64,000 nucleotides of DNA from Hemiscyllium ocellatum (lineage: Eukaryota). The stretch's first letter is position 1. Each line of letters begins with the position of its first letter. Where the stretch lies: positions 3,325,905-3,389,904 of the forward strand of contig NC_083435.1 in NCBI RefSeq assembly GCF_020745735.1. Direction: 5' to 3'. The translations under genes and the position numbers were made by a program. Positions 44,781 to 56,700 of this stretch are shown in pieces. Below the pieces are notes generated by a model that saw only the letters and a program-made list of their open reading frames with translations, was not told where the DNA came from and did no database searches.

Positions 44781-47700
44781 GCGCTGCCGCCAGACGCGGC
44801 GGCGGCGGCGGTGGTGAACCTGCTGTCGGATGAGGAAGGAGGCGAGGCCCAGGCTCGGGCCCGGGCCCAGGCCTCAGGCCCCGACGACGACGGCGATGCC
44901 GCCGCCGAAGCAGCGGGAGGCGGCCGCGAGAGGCGCTCCCGCCGGGTCCGCCTGCGGCCGGCGGCGGGCTCCCCTCCCCTTCCGCGGGCCCCGGGCACCG
45001 AGGCCGCTCTCGGCCTGGAGCTGGGCCTGGGCCTGGGCCTGGGCCTGGGGCTGGGCTCCGAGCTGCAGCTGGAGCGGGACAGGGAGCGCGGGCTGGTCCG
45101 CTTCGAGAACCAGAGGCTGTTCACGGAGGTCAGTGTCACTGAGAGAGGGAGGGGGGGCACCGTTCCCCACACCCCCCCCACCCCCACCCCATCACCACCC
45201 TCCCACCCCCCACCCCGCCCCCCCCCGCCCGATCAGATCCCCCCCCCTCCATCTCCTCTCCTCTCTTCCCCCCCCCCCCCCCGCACCATCGGATCCCTCT
45301 CCATTCCCCCTCCCATAGGATCCCCTTCCAACTTCCCCCCAATTGAATTCCCCCTCCATTCCACCCCCCCATCGGATTCCCCCCAATCTCCCCCCTCCCC
45401 CCCCACAGTCAGATTCCCCTCCATTCCCCCCCCACAGTCAGATTCCCCTCCATTCCCCCCTCCCCCCCACAGTCAGATTCCCCTCCATTCCCCCCCCACA
45501 GTCAGATTCCCCCCAATCTCCCCCCTTCCCCCCCACAGTCAGATTCCCCTCCATTCCCCCCCAATCTCCCCCCCCACAGTCAGATTCCCCTCCATTCCCC
45601 CCTTCCCCCCCACAGTCAGATTCCCCTCCATTCCCCCAATCTCCCCCCCCACAGTCAGATTCCCCTCCATTCCCCCCCCACAGTCAGATTCCCCTCCATT
45701 CCCCCCTCCCCCCCACAGTCAGATTCCCCTCCATTCCCCCCTTCCCCCCCCACAGTCAGATTCCCCCCAATCTCCCCCCTTCCCCCCCACAGTCAGATTC
45801 CCCTCCATTCCCCCCCAATCTCCCCCCCCACAGTCAGATTCCCCTCCATTCCCCCCTTCCCCCCCACAGTCAGATTCCCCTCCATTCCCCCAATCTCCCC
45901 CCCCACAGTCAGATTCCCCTCCATTCCCCCCCCACAGTCAGATTCCCCTCCATTCCCCCCTTCCCCCCCACAGTCAGATTCCCCTCCATTCCCCCCCCCA
46001 CAGTCAGATTCCCCTCCATTCCCCCCCCCACAGTCAGATTCCCCTCCATTCCCCCCCCCACAGTCAGATTCCCCTCCATCCCCCCCACAGTCAGATTCCC
46101 CTCCATCCTCCCCCCCCCACAGTCAGATTCCCCTCCATTCTCCCCCCCCCACAGTCAGATTCCCCTCCATTCCCCACCCCACAGTCAGATTCCCCTCCAT
46201 CCCCCCCCCACAGTCAGATTCCCCTCCATTCCCCCCCCCACAGTCAGATTCCCCTCCATCCCCCCCCAATCTCCCACCTCCCCCCCCCCCCCACCCCAAT
46301 CGGGCCCCCTTCTATCTCTCTTCTCTCCCCCCCCCCCCCCCCCCCAATCGGATCCCCCTCCATATTCTTCCCCCCCACCCCCCCCAGTCAGATTCTCCTC
46401 CATACCCCCCCCAAAGTCAGATCCCCCACCCCAGTTGGATGTCCCCCTCCGTCCCCCCCACTTCCCCACCGTTCCCTTCCTTTCCCTTTATTAATCTCTC
46501 TTTTCTTTGCTGCATATTTTTGTCAGTAGCTGCTACTTAACACTTGTTAATTTACTCATATATTCTGGGCTTCTGGGGATGTTTTAGCCCAGGGAGGGGA
46601 GCTTTGTGCCCAAGTCCCATTTGTGTCTATGCCCAGTGCGAATGTCTGGAGTTTTGGATTTGTGTCGGGACTTGTGCCCCAAGTAGACATTGGGGTAGAG
46701 ACGAATAGCAGGAAGGGGACAACCTGGAGAGCCTTCCCGTTAGTTTGTGGCCGCTAACCGAGTTCCTCATTGGGTAGCAGGTGCATGTTAACAGTTCCTT
46801 TCACAACCTCTGTTTGGTGGCCGGTCGAATCGTACAGGGTTCCACAGAAAACAGCGAGATGGATGACCAAGTATAGTTTTCCCTTTTTTGACGTTGAGGG
46901 GGCTAAATGTTGGTTATGCTGTCCAACATGGCTGTTCATTGAGCAGCTCGCCCAGAGGGTGAGTGTAACCTCACCAAGGCTTCGACCTGCTGCCGGCTTT
47001 CAATGGCATCATTGGAGCAAGTGGTCTGATATTCCTTCAGTTGGGACTTGGCATTGAATCGACGTGCAGCCTCGAACACCGGCCTCTGATGCATTCAGTT
47101 TGAACATGGAGTCCCTGCGTGTTGCTTCCTGATGTTATTGGTGGGATTAAATGTTGCTTTTACGGAGTTAATAGTTTTGTGAAGGGCTATTTTTAAAACG
47201 TGTATAGTTTTTATTGTTACCAAAATCTGCGAAAAGCTGAGGTACAGTGAATAAGATCCCTAGTTGCTAGACCCCCATTCAGTGATGTTTCCAGCAGGGA
47301 TAGATGCTTGAGCAGAGCTCCTTGTTTCTGGTGAAGGGTGTTCCTGTGAAACATTGGCACCTTCTGTCTTTCAGAAGCTGTTGTACTTGGTCTGCAGCGT
47401 TTTGTTACTGATGCAAGTGCTCTCGGTGGTTGCCTTAGCCTTGAGTGTGCTGTAAGGGATGGAGGAGTTCTGTATGTTTAAATTACCCATTCCAGGATGG
47501 TTCCGTTTTCTAAATGCTCCTGATTGAGCTACAGTCGTTGTTTCACGTGGATCGGCTGGCAGTGATTGAACAAGTGTATTTTATTTAGTGAAGCCTGAAT
47601 ACGTGGGAACTGGCCGTGGGTTGGCAATTTCCTGCATGTACTTTTGTAGCAGGAAGTGTACAGTATGGGTGTTTGTCCCACAGTGTTTATTGTTTCTGCA

Positions 47701-50700
47701 GCCTGATCACTACTTGGCTGATGGTCCTGAAATAATAGTTTTGTCATGGTTTACACACCTCTGTATGAGAACAGCTCCCCCACAGATTGTGCAGGAGGCT
47801 GGCTCACTTTGGGAATTGGGGTGAAGCTGAGTGAACTGTTAGTCAAATGGTGTATATTTAGTTGCTGTGTGTAATGAAAAACGTGCTGTTGTTGAGGCCT
47901 GACTGCCTTTGCACAATGGAAACAAAACCCTGAGAAACTGGATTAATAACGTCCTTTCAGCTCTGTGATCTGCTGGGTTTCAATCCAGCCCCAGACTGAT
48001 TCGCTGAATCTCTTTTCTCTAGTGGGTACAGATCCACACCACAAGATTGTCCACTATGGGCTCCTCAGAAAGGTACCCAGCCTGGCTGAGACATGGATAT
48101 GCGACAAATGATCCTGGGGCTAAGCCTTGTTAATTGGACAGATTGGCGGGTGTTCTTGCCCTGCATCTTATCTGGACGCTCAGCATTGATCAGGTACCCA
48201 AAGTGCAAATGTGTTCCCTTGTTGTTCCATCAGGGCCATTAGGCTGTCACCACTGTTCTTTTATTTAATTTCACAAAAAAAGAACTGTTTTTCACGGGCT
48301 TTATTTGTGTGGAATTCTTTGAATCCCCCCTCTATTGTATCAGTGCATCGAGCTGTGGCAGCAATCTCACCTCAGGGTCGGGGTTTGTGGGTTTGAGGTC
48401 AGGGTCTGAAGTTTTGAGTCAACAGGCTAGCCTGTCACTTCCAAGGCTGTGATGGGGGGGGGCAATATTATCTCTCGGCTCAGTTACTTGTTGGAGACAA
48501 GTGGTGTTCTGCAAGGCTCCGGGCTGGAACCGCAACTTTTAGCTTTAATACATTTAATGGTCTGGGTGAAGGAACTGAGCATTCTGGCTAAGTGTGCAGA
48601 CAGTACATAGATGGGTTGAGGGACAGGCAGCATTGAGCAGGTGGGGCAGGCTGCAGACGGATAGGAGAGTGGGCAAAGAAGTGCCAGGTGGAATACAGCA
48701 TGGGAAAGTGTGAGGTCATGCACTTTGGTTGGAAAAATAGAGGCATGGACTGTTTTCTAAATGGGGAAAAACTTCAGAAATCTGCAGAGAGACTTGAGTC
48801 CTCACCCAGAATTCCCTTAAGGCTCACATTGAAGGTTGTGTCAGTATTTAGGACGGCAAGTACAATGGCATTTATTTTGAGAGGACTTGCGTATAGAAGC
48901 GGGGGTGTACTTCAGAGGTTCTATAAGCCTCTGGACAGACCACGTTTGGAGTGTTGTGTGTAAGTTTGGGCCCCATACCTCAGGAAGGGTGTACTGGCCC
49001 TGGAGCATACTCAGAGGTGGTTCACTAGAATAATCCCAGGAATGAAAAAGCTTAACATCTGAGGAATGTTTGAGGACTCTTGGTTTATGCTCGATGGAGT
49101 TTAGAAGGATGAGGTGGGGGGTATCTAATTGAGACACACAGAATAACTGAATGGTTTGGACAGAGTAGATGTCAGGGAGGTGTTTCCATTACAGGGAGAC
49201 TAGGAGCCAAGGGCACAGCCCGAGACTGAAGGGAAGATCTTTTAGAATGCAGATAATAGGAAACTACTTCAGCCACAGAGTGGGGGTTCGATGCAATTCA
49301 CTGCCATAGAAGGCTGTGGGAGTGGGTTTAGGAGGAAGTTGGATAGGTTCTTCAGGACCAAGGGTTACAGGGAAGAAGCTGGAGAATGGGGTTGAGAAAC
49401 CCTAACCACCATGATTGAATGGCGGAGCAGACCGGACGGGCTGAATGGCCTAGTCTCCGCTCCTGTGCCTTATGGTCTTACTGAGGACAGGTCTGCTTGT
49501 TGAAACTGTTTTATGGCTTCACATGATACGCAAATGGTTTCTCTCTCTTTTCAAACAACATTTCTCTGCTGTATATCTCTGACTTTTTTAAAACTTTGAG
49601 CTGAATCCCCGGGAACTCTCGGCCTTTGCCAGATTTCACTGCGCACAGCCCATCCTCTGCTCCGCCATCACCTTGCGTACCCCACACAGAAGGAAAATGT
49701 GACAACTCTCTCTCTTTTCCGAAGGGCAGTTTATCCGGGAGGGGTGTTTGAGCTGTCTAAAATGCAGCTCAAGAAACTCTGGTCATTAATTCAGATAAAT
49801 GTGAGATGCTGCATTTTGGGAAGGCAAATCTTAGCAGGACTTATACACTTAATGGTAAGGTCCGAGGGAGTGTTGCTGAACAAAGAGAGCTTAGGGTGCA
49901 GGTTCATAGCTCCTTGAAAATGGAGTCGCAGGTAGCTAGGATAGTGAAGGTGGTGTTTGGTATGCTTTCCTTTATTGGTCAGAGTATTGAGTACAGGAGT
50001 TGGGAGGGTCATGTTGTGGCTGTACAGGACATTGGTTAGGCCACTGTTGGAATATTGTGTGCAATTCTGGTCTCCTTCCTATCAGAAAGATGTTGTGAAA
50101 CTTGAAAGGGTTCAGAAAAGATTTACAAGGATGTTGCCAGGGTTGGAGGATCTGAGCTACAGGGAGAGGCTGAACAGGCTGGGGCTGTTTTCCCTGGAGC
50201 GTCGGAGCTGAGGGGTGACCTTATAGAGGTTTACAAAATTGAGGGGCGTGGATAGGATAAATAGACAAGGTCTTTTCACTGGGATTGGGGTGTCCAGAAC
50301 TAGAGGGCATAGGTTTAGGGTGAGAGGGGATAGAAGTAAAAGAGACCTAAAGGGGCAACTTTTTCACCCAGTGGGTGGTGTGTGTATGGAATGAGCTGCT
50401 GGAGGAAGTGGTGGAGGCTGGTACAATTACAACATTTTAAGAGGCATCTGGATGGGTATATGGATAGGAAGGGTTTGGAGGGATGTGGGCCGGGTGCTGG
50501 CAGGTGGGACTAGATTGGGTTGGGCTATCTGGGTCAGCATGGACAGGTTGGGCCGAAGGGTCTGTTATCATGCTGTACACCTCGATGATTATCATCACCA
50601 GGCAATGTCCTGCATGCTGCTTCCACTGTGGCACTCGATTCAAGGCAGTGAATAATATCCCTTCGGTGACATTACAGGTTGTTCAGTTGAATGGTTTCTT

Positions 50701-53700
50701 TTATGCTTTGTTTTTGTTGGATTTTCTGGCCAGTCTTTAAGGTCACCTTAGACCCTGGTTGGCCATGACTCCAAGGCTCGGAGGGAGTTGATGTCCACAA
50801 CACCATGTGGACAGTGCGGTTTAATGTATGAAAACATTTCTAGGTGCTGAGAAACCTGAGCAAAAACTTAACACGATGGTCAGGAGGCATTTGAACAAAT
50901 GGTCAGGTTTTCGGGCGGCTCTTGAAGAAGGAATGAGGTTAAGACACAGTCCAATCCCCAGAGGGACAGAAAGCTCTGCATTTAAACCAGGCTGAAGTTG
51001 CCAGGCCCCAGGTCCCTTTGGAGTGGGTAGTACAGCTAGAGAAGGTGAGGATGGCGGTGTAGGAACACAGGAGGAGGCCTTCCAAACCCTTAAGAGACAG
51101 ATCGCAGACGCTGCAATCCAGAGTAGACAACAGGCCCGTCAGCATCAGGAGCACTGAACAAGGGTTCTACCTGAAACATTGATTTCTCCACCTTGTGACG
51201 CTGCCTGACTGCCTGTGGTCTCCCAGCCTCCTTTGTTTTCAATCTAACTGTTTATCAACTCCCGGCTTTTCCATTCCTCGCTGAGACTGCGGTTGATCTA
51301 TGCTCCAACCCTCTCGCGCTGCCATCATTTCTAATTTCATTCTTGAAACTGAAAGAACTGCAGATGCTGGCAATTAGCGGCCAAGGAGATCAGTGGGTCG
51401 GGCAGCATCTCGGGAGAGAAAGCAAGGGTTAACGTTCCAGGTCCGGTGACCCTCCTTCAGTTCGGAGGGGGTCCGTGGACCTGAAATGTTAAAACCTTTA
51501 ATAGCTTCAAGATTTCATGAGTGATTTGCTTACTTTCTAAATACTTGGATCACTGCTCCCGGAAAGCAGAAGTCTAGTTTGTGGTATCTCTGTTCAGAAT
51601 TTGACCCTGGTTTACCAGAAAAGCCGGACATGAAACTGAAGCATTGATTTCTTAGCCCTCGTTGTGTTTGGAGCGTGTTTTGATTATTTCCTGTAACTTG
51701 CTGTTGGTAACCAGCATGCACACAGACCTGGGTGCCTCTCCACTAGTTAGAAGCGACCCTGTTTGACATAGCGAGGAATTTTCACCCTGAAGCCAGTGCT
51801 GATTGCCAATGTTAGACCATAAGGAAAAGGAACTGGTTTCGGCTGATCCTGCTGTGCGGTTCATCAGGATCACATCTGATCAGACATTCTCCGCATCAAC
51901 ATTCCCACCCTCCCCATAAGTCCTGATTTCCCAAACTGACAAAGTATCTAACTCTGGTTTCCTCCCATAGTTCATACACGTGCAGGTCAGATGAATTAGC
52001 CATGCTAAATTGCCCACCGTGTTGTGGGATGTGGAGGTTAGGGGTAAATGTAGAGTAATGCGGGGATGGGTTTGGGTGGGATCCTCTTCAGTGGGTCAGT
52101 GTGGATTTGTAGGGCTGATGCGGCTGTTTTAATGTTGCAGGGATTCTGTGTGGGCGGTGCGGTGGCACAGTGGTTAGCACTGCTGCCTCACAGTGCTGGG
52201 GGACCTGGGTTCAATTCCCACCTCAGGCAACTGTCTGTGTGGAGTTTGCACATTCTCCCCATGTCTGCGTGGGTTTCTTCCCACAGTCCCAGAGATGTGC
52301 AGCTCAGGCAGATTGGCCGTGCTAACTTACCCCTAGTGTTAGCTGCATTAGTCAAGGGGTAAATGTAGGGCAATGGGTCTGGGTGGGTTGTGCTTCGGAG
52401 GGTCGGTGTGGATTTGTTGGGTCGAAGGGCCTGTTTCCACACTAGGGAATCTAACCTACTCTTGTCTAACTGTCTCAGCCTTAAATAAGGAGTTTCAAAG
52501 ACCCTCAATAATTATAGTAACGTTGATACTTCAGTACCTTCTGCCCCTTCTTAGCTCTGCGGCATTCTGCAAGGTTTCAGCCATTTGTCTTGCTGTTCTT
52601 CTAAATGGCGGAGTGTTCAATCCTGTTTGTCAATGTTTGAGTGCAGCACCTTGGGATGTTTCAATGTAAGTTATTATTGGGGACTTCTGGCATTGACCCA
52701 AGTGCTCAGGACAGAGACTGTTTATCCTTCATGTTCATAAATCACTCATTACAGTTCCGAAATGTCAGTATTCTGGAATTGTACAGTGTAATTTATAGGG
52801 ATGTGTCTCGCCTTCCAGGGAGAGATTTCAGTTCATCCCAAAGTGCTTCATAACCAGTGAATGAAATGCAGTGGCCAGTTTGCGTGCACAAGCAGGTAAC
52901 TTCCTGCTGAGTGTGACCGTTACTAACCAAGTGATCATCGCTCTTGGTGAGGGACATGTTCTGTTGCAGAGAGACTGGGCTTGGACTTAACATCTCCCAT
53001 CCTGCTGATGTGCCTGTCGGTACACCATTGCCTGAGTACTGCCCCTCCGAAAGAGCCACATTTGCTCATGGCAGAGTGTAAGTGGGACTGTATGACCAGC
53101 AGTGAGGAGATTGGTAGTGATATATGTCTGTAGGTGTGATAAATGTGAGAGGTTTCAGCTCTTGCCAGATACAGCTGACTTGTTCCAATTGTTTGTGACC
53201 CCACCCCACCCAGTGATGGAGGGCTGTGTTCTAATGCCTCCTGTGGGATGTGGGCATTGCTGGCTGGGCCAGTACATTATTGCTCATCCCTGGTTACCCT
53301 TGAGAAGGTGGTCGTGAGCTGCCTTCTTAAATACAGCATTAATCCAAGATTCCCATGGGATTGTAGCAAGGAAATACTCTTCTCCAGAGTCTAAAGTGAA
53401 AAGGAGCAATGTCAGGACAGATTTGTTGGTGTGTTCCCACTGGGTACTGTTTGGTCTGTGTGTGACGTCCTTGAATTCCTGTTGGGAAAGGAAGTGGTTG
53501 ATCTTGTCGGATGGTGCTCTGGGCAGGATGCCAGGGTCATTTGGCAGAGTGCCTCATCACCAGAACTTTGAAACAAGCACCAACTGTGGCTTGGCTGGTG
53601 TGAAGGGATCCTCTCCTCAGATCTGTCATGCAGTAAAGTCTGGTTCTGCGCAGTCCAAGACCTGCTGGTGTTGGGGTGGGTGCAGACCTGGGTGTTCCAC

Positions 53701-56700
53701 CGTCTGGGACTGTGTGCCAAGGGTATGGTGGTTTTACACAATAGCTCAGGGCAGGTTCGACAAAGATGCACCAGGGAAGCAATCCCCCTCCCGTAGCGCC
53801 CCGGAACGATGTAGACCGGGTAAAACTCCTTGGTCTTTGTGTGTTTGACCTGAAGTGCCTTGTCTGTGCAAGTGAATTGACGATTGTTGACTGTTTCTCT
53901 TCTCTGTTCCCCCACCGCCCACTCCCTGCAGTTTGTGGAGTTCTGTGGAACTTTAACGGAAGAGAACCCGGAAGTGATCAATTTCCTACAGAGGAAGTAC
54001 AGCAAGGCCTTCCCAGACTATCTGGCCTCCACGGAGTTCCGCAACGTGCTGGGCCGTTGTCTCACTCGGGTTCAGGGCAAGAAAAGCAAAGTGTTTGTTT
54101 ACATCAATGAGCTCTGTACGGCTCTGAAAGCCAACTCTCAAAAAACCAAACAGGCCTTGGCCAGCAGGGAGAACTCCAAGAAAGCAGAGGCTGAGCCAGG
54201 CAGTCCGTCAGCCCAGGGTGGGAAAGAGCCAGGCGTGTGTCCGGCTCCGAGTAATGACCAGTCAGCAGATCCAGCCTCCATGTCGGTCTCTCAGTCTGAG
54301 CCAGCCACGAAGAAGCGGACAGGCAGTGGATCCCGCCGTCAGATCCGCTACTTGGAGAACCTCCTGAAGGTCTACGCTGACGAGATCAAGCGCCTGCAGG
54401 AGAAGGAGCTGGACCTGAAGGAGCTGGAGGACGAGGACTCCTCGTACATCCAGGAGCACCGGCTGAAGAAGAAGATGGTGAAGATCTTTGAGAAGCTGTG
54501 TGAGCTGAAGAACTGCTCGAGCCTGACGGGCCGGGTCATTGAGCAGCGCATTGCCTTCACTGGCACCCGGTACCCCGAGATCAACCGCAAGATCGAGAGG
54601 TTCATCAACAAGGCCGATCACTTCCCCGATTACCAGGATATCCGCAACATCATTCAGAAAGTCAGCATCAAGCACTCACTGGGCCTCAGGCAGAGGCAGA
54701 TCCAGAGCATGGCACAGGACGTGTTCAGAGAGGTGGGCAATCGTCTACAGGAGCGGCGCCACCTTGACCTGGTGTACAACTTTGGCAGCCACCTCACCGA
54801 CGACTATAAACCAGGTGGGTGTGTGGAGGGAGGTGTGTGATCCTGCAGTCTCTCGTGCCCCTTAGTTTGGAGTGGGGGGGGGGGGTAATCGGTGCCAAGT
54901 AAAGCGACAATTGCTCCCTGCTCTGACCCACTCCTGCCCAACCTCAGTCCTGGCTCCACAGCCCATTTGCCTGTGCGGAATGATGGAGTGAAATTCCGAG
55001 AGCTCTGGAGAGGGATCCTATCGGACTTGAAGCACTAACTCTGTCTCTCTCCCCAGATGCTGCTCGAGCTGTTGAGTTTCTCCAGCGTTGTGTGTTTGTC
55101 TCTGTAGCTGGGACATAACGCATTGTGTCTCCCCTTCGGGAGGTTGCACAGGGCAGGGGGGAGGTGTTCCTGAACTGCAGGGAAGTATTAGGATGAAGAG
55201 GAGCAGAAATAGGCAATTCATCTTCTTCAGCTTCCTCGGTCACTGAGTGAGGTTTTCTCTGATCGGATTGTGGTTTTACCTTCCCCTTCCTGTCTATCTC
55301 CCCAGCCCCTTCCACTCTGGTATTGATGAAAGTTCTGTTGTACGTACATACGGATTAGGGGCGGGAGTCGGTCTTCAAGCCCTCCCCGCCATTTAATAAA
55401 TTCATGGCTTGCCTAATTTCAACCCCACCCCCACCCCCCGGTCCTGTCTACACTGCTGACCTTCCCCCACCTCCCCCCCCCCCCCACCCTTAACAAAGGT
55501 CCATCTACCTCTGCCTTGTGTTCAAAGACTCTGCCTTTTGAAAGCAGTCTTCAGGAAGCAGCCAACTATAAACGGAAATAGATTCTCCCCATGTCTGACT
55601 GAGGTGTATTTAAAAAGTGATTCTCTTCTCTATACAGCCCTCACTGAGAATCCCCTCCCTCCCTCTTCCCCACCCACCTTCAGCATTTCCACCCTGCCAA
55701 GGCCACAGGCCTAATGTTGGTTAACAGGTGGGCCCTAGTCTATTCGCCAAGTTACCGTCGGTCAGTGCTCTTAGCTTGTGGATATTAAAGCATTTCCCTT
55801 CACGTTGCTGATTTGTGTAAATGGCCTGACTGTTGCAAGATTGAAAACTTAGGAAAAAAATCTTTTCAATGCAACTCCTCTTGGCATCTACCTCGATGAG
55901 TCCTGCTTCGACTGAATGGGCTCTTATTCCCCAAATGGCTCTTCCGTCCACCCTGCTCAGCCCCTTCTTTGTCGGGCAGCTGCTGGGCGGTATGGTGGGC
56001 ACAGTGGTTCGCACTGCTGCCTCACAGCGCTAGAGACCAGGGTTCATTTCCCACCTCAGGCGACTCTGTGTGGAGTTTGCACATTCTCCCTGTGTCTGTG
56101 TGGGTTTCCTCCCACAGTCCAAAGATGTGCAGGTCAGGTGAATTGGTCATCCTAAATTGTCCGTAGTGTTAGGTGAAGGGGTAAATGTAGGGGAATGGGT
56201 CTGGGTGTCTACACTTCAGCGGGTTGGTGTGGACTTGTTGGGTCAAAGGGCCTGTTTCCACACTGTAAGCAATCTAATCTAATCTAATCTTCCTTTAGTG
56301 AAGTTGCTTCCACTCTGTGGGGGAGGGTCCGAGGCTCTGCTGAACCCCCGGTGTTGTGAATTGGGTGAAGATGGTGTGGTTGTGTTGGGACCTTGTGTCA
56401 GTGTAACTCCGCCTGCTGCCCAGCACCACAATGTAACAAGTGTCTCTGTTTCCCAGGGAAAGACCCAGCCATGGTGGACCCCACCTTGGAGAGACGGCTG
56501 CGGTCTAACCGGACGGTGGCTCTCGGGCGCCTGGATGAGGTGGTGAAGAAATACGCCGAGCTGCAGGACATCAGTGAAATCGAGGAGGAGGAGAAGAGAA
56601 AGAAAAAGAAACTGCTGCAGTCGGCAGTCACCTCCACCTCCGAAACCACCACAGAGGGAGCTGAGGAGCAACGGGACACGGCCCAAAAGGTGAGCGCGAC

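Noticed and set aside
44580-46529. 649-aa ORF taken as one protein
   Set aside because: Only 44778-45128 is DAXX exon 1; a GAG|GTCAGT donor is followed by minisatellite.
52160-52225. tRNA gene
   Set aside because: The A/B boxes are the head of an HE1-type SINE, followed by the SINE body and repeated elsewhere in the window.
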